Shown here: piece by piece, positions 42,226 to 46,810 of the stretch
Layout of the letters: the number at the start of each line of letters is the position of its first letter
How positions within the stretch are numbered: position 1 is the first letter of the stretch
Origin: a virus
Virus record (IMG/VR): IMGVR_UViG_3300002460_000008
Length of the DNA: 46,810 bases
Direction: 5' to 3' (one strand)
Made by a program: the position numbers and the translations under genes
Notes under the pieces: generated by a model
Told to the model about the DNA's origin: nothing
The model's input: only the letters and a program-made list of their open reading frames with translations
The model's database searches: none

Positions 42226-42490
42226 CAATGTTCCATGCCCTGAATGTGGTGCAGATTTAGAAATAAATGTTGCGCCCCCTGATAGGTCGGTAGGAATTTA
42301 TGAAAGTATCGAAGAAGTTTTGGGGGAGTGCGAACATGCTACGAAGTTTTATGAGGAAGTTCCGGAGGAACGTGAGAGAGAAATGCAGGAATGGAGAATG
42401 GAATTCGAGAGTAAACTCCTAGAAGCATTCAACGAAAATATGGCAGCACGTTACGAAGCTAGTGAAGAGAAAAAAGGGGATAGAGACTAA
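42212..42490 (+). CDS. Zinc-ribbon protein with an acidic tail (92 aa)
   Basis: CPECGADLE...; ORF track. Confidence 0.55.
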   Translation: MKMHDNVPCPECGADLEINVAPPDRSVGIYESIEEVLGECEHATKFYEEVPEEREREMQEWRMEFESKLLEAFNENMAARYEASEEKKGDRD

Positions 42491-42750
42491 TGGCAAGTTT
42501 CAAAGTAAAACCCCTCGATCTCGATTTAATCGTTTTACAAATTCTTGGCAGCGAAGCTGCTCCTAGCGGAGAGCAAATCTCCGTCTTGCAAAAGGAAATG
42601 AAATTTACGCTGAAAGCGGCGAAAGCTCTACGGGATAAATTCAGTTGGGCGATTGAGCAAATTGAGGAAATGAAAGAAGCAAAGAAAGACGATCGGGAAT
42701 TTGATGATTTAGATGAGAGCGATTTAGACGATGGAGTTGAGAAAATTTGA
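42490..42750 (+). CDS. Acidic protein (86 aa)
   Basis: ORF track; C-terminal DDREFDDLDESDLDDGVE. Confidence 0.55.
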   Translation: MASFKVKPLDLDLIVLQILGSEAAPSGEQISVLQKEMKFTLKAAKALRDKFSWAIEQIEEMKEAKKDDREFDDLDESDLDDGVEKI

Positions 42751-42992
42751 TTATGCTTTTAGCAAGTGAAATTCTTACGATAAAAGGTGAGATAGATCGT
42801 CGCCAAAAGCTCCTACTAAAGCGTCTAGACGCTATCGCCCAAAAAAAATCAGCTAAAAAGGCAACGCAAAGCGGAAGAGTAAAAAAAGTAAAAAGTGTGA
42901 GAATGGATAGTGATATTGCGAAGATGGTAAAGGCGGCAAAGGTGCTAGGGGCGACGGAGGAGCAAATAAAGATTTTGTTAGGGGGAGGATGA
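42747..42992 (+). CDS. Basic protein (81 aa)
   Basis: ORF track. Contains the palindrome at 42820-42833. Confidence 0.5.
   Translation: MIMLLASEILTIKGEIDRRQKLLLKRLDAIAQKKSAKKATQSGRVKKVKSVRMDSDIAKMVKAAKVLGATEEQIKILLGGG
42820..42833. promoter_or_regulatory. Palindrome AGCGTCTAGACGCT (intragenic, same GTCTAGAC core)
   Basis: Perfect 14-bp palindrome inside ORF 42747..42992. Confidence 0.35.
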
Positions 42993-42993
42993 A

Positions 42994-43176
42994 ATGAAAA
43001 ATTGGTTTCCCTGGGGTACTCGGCCCAATCCTGAAAATGGAGCGTTTCGTACAGCGGAATGGCGAAATTGGGAGCGGTCTGAATTAGGATTAGAAAATGC
43101 CTCTTCCGAGATACTATTTTGGGATGCAGTTTTCTGCCATTTTATGTATGGAACAGAATATAATTACCCTTGGTAA
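42994..43176 (+). CDS. Hypothetical Trp-rich protein (60 aa)
   Basis: ORF track. Confidence 0.45.
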   Translation: MKNWFPWGTRPNPENGAFRTAEWRNWERSELGLENASSEILFWDAVFCHFMYGTEYNYPW

Positions 43177-43191
43177 AATAAGGGATTAAAA

Positions 43192-43359
43192 ATGGATAGC
43201 TTTCCAATGATTAGGAGATGTTCGTTATTTCAAGATAATGAACATTGCGTTATTAAACCGCAAATTGCAATTTGGTCGGTGGATCACATTTGGATTTCTG
43301 AAAATTTAGTAATAACTCCTGGAAGATTACTACTCATTTCTATAAAAAGCCAATGGTAA
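43192..43359 (+). CDS. Possible mini-ORF (55 aa)
   Basis: Hand-translated; overlaps the next start by 7 nt. Confidence 0.35.
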   Translation: MDSFPMIRRCSLFQDNEHCVIKPQIAIWSVDHIWISENLVITPGRLLLISIKSQW

Positions 43360-44252
43360 CCCTAAAAGTCCGTCAATCCCATGCTCGTACCTATAAAAAG
43401 TGTAAGCGAAAGTATAAACTTCAAGTAATAGATAACTTAGTCCCGCTAATTAAGCACCCTGCTCTCAGTATTGGAACAGCGACCCATGCCGGCCGGGCGA
43501 ATTTCCTTGTTAACCGTGATCCTGCATTAGCCCTCAAGACAGCCTTCGCTTCTATGGAGATGGAAATTAGTCTTTTTCCGTCTCTGCTGGGAAATGTTCA
43601 TGGAAAGGAATGTGGCCGGCGGCCGTGTACAGAGTGTTCTAGACAAATGGTTTTAGAAATGGTGGCGTATTATTGCCAGGAGTTTGATAAGCGTTATCCG
43701 GATGGTTGTATTAAAGTTTTAGCAACAGAATTGTCATTTGAAGTACCTATAGCGCAGTTTGAAGAGTTAGAAATGTTTGCGGTAGGAACGATTGACGCGG
43801 ATGCGATTTATTTGGAAAAGTATCGTGTAAATTGGGAATTCAAAACAACGAAAACTACGCTCGCTCAATACTTCGATCAGGAATACATGAGCGATCAACA
43901 TATCGCTTATTCTTTAGCTCAATCCATTCTAACGGGTGAAACACCATACGGAACCTTACTTGACGTGATTAAGAAACCAGGTAAAGAGAAAGGGCCGGAA
44001 TGTGATGAATTACTTATCCCAATTAATAGCGATGATATTATTGAGTTTAAGAGAGATACAGAAGAGCTTTTGAAAGAAATTGCCTACTCGATGGAGCATG
44101 ACTACTTTCCGCCAACGAAAGATTCTTGCTTTGGGATTTACGGGAGATGTGAATTTTTTGATGCCTGCAAGTCAAAGTTTGATCCTCACGTAATGAGAAA
44201 TAAGTACATGGTAGTGGAAGTTCCAGTTATAAATTTGGAGGAAGAGAAATGA
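43353..44252 (+). CDS. Cas4/RecB-like PD-(D/E)XK exonuclease with a C-terminal Cys cluster
   Basis: GTIDADAIY...WEFKT (D...ExK), QYFDQEYMSDQHIAYSLAQ (QxxxY), and an N-terminal Cys plus CFGIYGRCEFFDAC. Confidence 0.75.
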   Translation: MVTLKVRQSHARTYKKCKRKYKLQVIDNLVPLIKHPALSIGTATHAGRANFLVNRDPALALKTAFASMEMEISLFPSLLGNVHGKECGRRPCTECSRQMVLEMVAYYCQEFDKRYPDGCIKVLATELSFEVPIAQFEELEMFAVGTIDADAIYLEKYRVNWEFKTTKTTLAQYFDQEYMSDQHIAYSLAQSILTGETPYGTLLDVIKKPGKEKGPECDELLIPINSDDIIEFKRDTEELLKEIAYSMEHDYFPPTKDSCFGIYGRCEFFDACKSKFDPHVMRNKYMVVEVPVINLEEEK

Positions 44253-44446
44253 GCGAGAATGTGATGAAGGTTTTAATGACAGGAATAGCTTGTTTAACGG
44301 CAGCGATGATTATAACTGTTATAGCTTATAGAAGTTCTGAATATAATCAACTTTACTTGAAATCTGAATATGTTAAATATGAAGGTCCACGGGTAGGGTT
44401 ATGTGCAGGACCGCCACAGATGATGAGTAGAGGAATTAATCCATGA
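44249..44446 (+). CDS. Small membrane protein (65 aa)
   Basis: TM segment VLMTGIACLTAAMIITVIAY. Confidence 0.5.
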   Translation: MSENVMKVLMTGIACLTAAMIITVIAYRSSEYNQLYLKSEYVKYEGPRVGLCAGPPQMMSRGINP

Positions 44447-44625
44447 AAAGATGGTTAGTTGTTATAGAAATGTCCGATGATGGAAAAAATGGAATGGAGA
44501 ATCAAGAATTACCCATTTATTTACTTGATTCGCGCCATTCTGTGTCAAGATACCTACTCGGAAAAACAGATTTAGATTCAGGTATCCAAATGGATTTCAG
44601 GATTGCTGAAGAATTAATTCCATAA
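44443..44625 (+). CDS. Hypothetical protein (60 aa)
   Basis: ORF track; ends 1 nt before the tRNA. Confidence 0.45.
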   Translation: MKRWLVVIEMSDDGKNGMENQELPIYLLDSRHSVSRYLLGKTDLDSGIQMDFRIAEELIP

Positions 44626-44709
44626 GGGAGCGTGATGGAATGGTAGACATGAAAGATTTAAAATCTTTTGGCGAAAGCCGTGGGGGTTCGACTCCCCCCG
44701 CTCCTACCA
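44626..44709 (+). tRNA. tRNA-Leu (anticodon UAA), class II with a long variable arm and encoded CCA
   Basis: Folded by hand. Acceptor GGGAGCG/CGCTCCT; D arm ATG-GAATGGTAGA-CAT; anticodon arm AAAGA-TTTAAAA-TCTTT. Variable arm GGC-GAAA-GCC; T arm GGGGG-TTCGACT-CCCCC; discriminator A followed by CCA. Confidence 0.9.
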
Positions 44710-44740
44710 TTTGTAGTAGATGCGGAAAAGATAAAGAAAT

Positions 44741-45061
44741 ATGACTACCAGCGTTCGGGCGTCGTTCGTCCTACAATTTGGTGAGTCAGAGGCTCAATGC
44801 ATGGAACGAGCAGTTGACCAACACATGAAAGCCGCCCATGCGAACAAAGGGAGCGACCCGTTCAAATGGGCGGTGCTAATCGCGATCGGTTACGAATGCT
44901 TTGAGAAGTACCGGGAGACGCATGGATTTACTGTGTCTGCACCGGATTTGGAACGGTGGATTTTTGACGAAGCGGCGCTGGCCACCCATGACGGAGACTG
45001 CGACTATCTCGCCCTATTCGCTGGACGATACGACCGCTATGTCAAAGAGAAGCTACCATGA
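44741..45061 (+). CDS. Hypothetical protein (106 aa), GC-rich single-gene island
   Basis: ORF track. Composition differs from both flanks. Confidence 0.55.
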   Translation: MTTSVRASFVLQFGESEAQCMERAVDQHMKAAHANKGSDPFKWAVLIAIGYECFEKYRETHGFTVSAPDLERWIFDEAALATHDGDCDYLALFAGRYDRYVKEKLP

Positions 45062-45327
45062 AAACGACGACGGCGATAGAGCGTGGTGTGAATGAGATTA
45101 AAGAGCTTATAAAAGGTCTTAAAACGCCGCTTGATTGGTCAAATCCGAAGGCGGCAATGGATCAATTCTTGTCTGAATTAGAAATGTTAGCAGAAATTCA
45201 CGCAAAATTAACCGCACCGAGATGGCTACCATTTTTTGTATGGCGCAAATTTTACTTCTTGAAACTTGGGATACTTAAATTCATTAAATTTCGGTATTGG
45301 AATATCAGGGATCTTTTTCTGTGGTAG
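45058..45327 (+). CDS. Hypothetical protein (89 aa), hydrophobic C-terminus
   Basis: ORF track; ATGA overlap. Confidence 0.5.
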   Translation: MKTTTAIERGVNEIKELIKGLKTPLDWSNPKAAMDQFLSELEMLAEIHAKLTAPRWLPFFVWRKFYFLKLGILKFIKFRYWNIRDLFLW

Positions 45328-45494
45328 ATTGGGTAATTAGGAAAGTTTTCCGAATGGGAGTGCTAGAGTTAGGGAAGGATTTTTTCAGACATTACAACCA
45401 TACCTCAAGCACAGAAGTTAAAATAAGTGAAGCGCAATTCGAGAAATGGAAGGAATTTTTGGAAAAGTGGAGCCGGAAATGCCATACGAGATAA
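45297..45494 (+). CDS. Hypothetical protein (65 aa or shorter)
   Basis: ORF track. The start is uncertain and both ends overlap neighbours. Confidence 0.35.
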   Translation: MEYQGSFSVVDWVIRKVFRMGVLELGKDFFRHYNHTSSTEVKISEAQFEKWKEFLEKWSRKCHTR

Positions 45495-46294
45495 AATTTG
45501 CTGATTCAGATTTCATCCGTGAAGAGTGTAGTATAATCATTTATGGAGATAGCGGTATTGGTAAAACGACCATTTGTAAAAATATGCCGAGCCCGTTTTT
45601 CGCCCTGATTCGTGGTGGTGGCGAACATCGGCCATTACCTTTGGTTAAGACAGGAATTCCCTTTGCTGAAATTAACACAATGCAGGAATGGAATGAATTA
45701 ATTCTGGACCTGAAAGGGACTCAATCAACGAAGATTCCAAAAGAAGTCATTGAAATGGCGAAGATTCTGGATGGGAAAGATCACAGTGAGGGAATAGTTA
45801 TCGGCGGATATAAAGTTAAAACTCTTGTCATTGACCAATTCCCAACGCTTTACAACCTTTACATGAATGATATAATTCATAGGGTTTCTCGTAAGAGGGA
45901 CACTCCTGAAACTCCAAATATGCAAGATTATGGTCATGCAAGACGGGTTTTTACCAATTTCCTCATGGAAGTGAATAACATTCCGCATCTTCATAAGGTT
46001 TATCTCGCTCTTTCGGAGATTGACGAGGACGAGAATACGAAAGATCGCTACGGTGCGCCTATGGTCCCTGGAAAGCTCGCTCTCGAAGTTATGCTCTTCG
46101 TTGATTTCGTATTTAGAATGCATAACCGGAGGGAAATGCAGGGCGGAAAAATGGTCGAATATCGAGCATTTCAAACTCAACCGGAGGGAATTTGGCGTTG
46201 TAAGGATAGCTCGGGAAAGCTCCCGAAATATATTGCGTTACCAAATTCGGATTACAATTTTTGGGAAGAAGTGATTTTGAAGTGCCTAACGTAA
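45446..46294 (+). CDS. AAA_24 / Sak4-like RecA-fold recombination ATPase
   Basis: Walker A IIIYGDSGIGKTT, Walker B-like TLVIDQF, and a QDYGHARRVF block. A likelier start is the ATG at 45479, which has a GGAG SD. Confidence 0.7.
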   Translation: MEGIFGKVEPEMPYEIKFADSDFIREECSIIIYGDSGIGKTTICKNMPSPFFALIRGGGEHRPLPLVKTGIPFAEINTMQEWNELILDLKGTQSTKIPKEVIEMAKILDGKDHSEGIVIGGYKVKTLVIDQFPTLYNLYMNDIIHRVSRKRDTPETPNMQDYGHARRVFTNFLMEVNNIPHLHKVYLALSEIDEDENTKDRYGAPMVPGKLALEVMLFVDFVFRMHNRREMQGGKMVEYRAFQTQPEGIWRCKDSSGKLPKYIALPNSDYNFWEEVILKCLT

Positions 46295-46491
46295 AATTTC
46301 ATACGAGGAAAAATAAAAAGCGCATGATTGATAGGGAAATCAAGATGCTTGCTCGAAAGTTAGGGAGTGATAGGAGTAATAAAAATGGTAGGCTCAACAA
46401 TGCTGGTTGGGTTTCAAAGCGCGAAGAAAAAGAAATGAAAGCTGAGTTAGCAACGATGTTGCTAGAGCAAATTAATAGGAAAAATGTTTAA
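46261..46491 (+). CDS. Hypothetical basic protein (start uncertain; alternative ATG at 46324)
   Basis: ORF track. Confidence 0.4.
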   Translation: MGRSDFEVPNVKFHTRKNKKRMIDREIKMLARKLGSDRSNKNGRLNNAGWVSKREEKEMKAELATMLLEQINRKNV

Positions 46492-46777
46492 ATATAATCC
46501 AAAACAATACTCTTTATCTATTAAACTTTCTCGAAAAATGCTTGAAGATGATCCTAATTGGAAATTATGGCAGAGTAAATCCAAAAGAAAGGAGGTGATT
46601 CCCACAATGGCGGGAAAGAAAGGTACGGTGCGGATGCGTAAGCCCATTTCTGCCGATAAGGCAGCGATGAAGCTTGCGGTAATGCTCGCTCCATTCACGG
46701 CGGCAGATCGGAAGTCTATCGTTAAGGTAGCGGGCAAGACGCTGAAGCTGGCGGCAAGATTGGGAGCGTCGAGCTAG
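46484..46777 (+). CDS. Hypothetical basic protein; likely true start at 46607 (56 aa)
   Basis: A near-perfect SD (AAAGGAGGTGAT) lies 8 nt before the in-frame ATG at 46607. The C-terminal part is GC-rich. Confidence 0.45.
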   Translation: MFKYNPKQYSLSIKLSRKMLEDDPNWKLWQSKSKRKEVIPTMAGKKGTVRMRKPISADKAAMKLAVMLAPFTAADRKSIVKVAGKTLKLAARLGASS

Positions 46778-46810
46778 GGACGTGGCGGGAGCGTCAGCCC
46801 GCCACAAATT
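46778..46810. repeat. Second copy of the 33-bp terminal repeat
   Basis: Identical to bases 1-33. Confidence 0.9.
46782..46805 (+). terminator. Stem-loop GTGGCGGG-N8-CCCGCCAC just after the stop of 46484..46777 (also present at 5-28)
   Basis: 8-bp GC stem read from the sequence. No clear U-tract follows (ACAAATT), so terminator function is uncertain. Confidence 0.3.

Noticed and set aside
1-46810. Assembly chimera as the explanation for the GC mosaic.
   Set aside because: There are at least seven alternating patches. Several lie inside continuous reading frames of recognisable proteins (tail fibre, DnaQ-like exonuclease) without frame disruption. Island edges coincide with gene junctions that have intact start/stop coupling. 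A read-level check is still needed.
1-46810. Stop-codon reassignment, or a suppressor role for the phage tRNA.
   Set aside because: Standard-code ORFs tile both operons with almost no gaps, and the tRNA anticodon is UAA (Leu), not a stop-codon reader.

Overview
This window is a complete tailed dsDNA phage genome. Bases 1-33 are identical to 46778-46810, giving a unit length of about 46,777 bp, and gene order runs continuously across the junction. All family calls below come from reading motifs by eye; I ran no searches.

Layout:
- The minus strand from 36843 down to 9214 is one long late operon with podovirus-like (T7-type) order. It carries small accessory genes, a DnaQ-like exonuclease, small terminase, an intein-containing large terminase, an M15 peptidase, portal, scaffold, major capsid, tail fibre, tubular-like proteins and three large internal/ejection-type proteins.
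- An O-antigen-ligase-like membrane gene, a lysis-like lipoprotein cluster and a GNAT are embedded in that late operon.
- The plus strand from 38347 to 46777, wrapping to 1-9099, carries early genes. These are a LAGLIDADG-like endonuclease, a vWA gene island, a Cas4-like nuclease, tRNA-Leu(UAA), a Sak4-like ATPase and a DUF669-like protein. They are followed by a UDG-exo-PolA fusion, MazG, a DUF3987-like protein and GroES.
- The divergent control region (36844-38900) holds GTCTAGAC-core palindromes, a GGTTATAA iteron array, a long inverted repeat around an AT-rich core, and two GC-rich leftward genes.
- I saw no integrase, RNA polymerase, reverse transcriptase, CRISPR array or stop-codon recoding.

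The most striking global feature is a compositional mosaic. An AT-rich backbone is interrupted by sharply bounded GC-rich islands, some smaller than a gene. The islands carry almost all the genes that have no recognisable function.

The best candidates for something undescribed are:
- the GC-rich, translationally coupled cassette at 790-2820;
- the vWA-centred island at 39489-41424;
- the O-antigen-ligase-like gene inside the virion module;
- the control hub with its GC-rich gene pair;
- a tandem mimic of the 16S rRNA 3' tail at 9102-9140.
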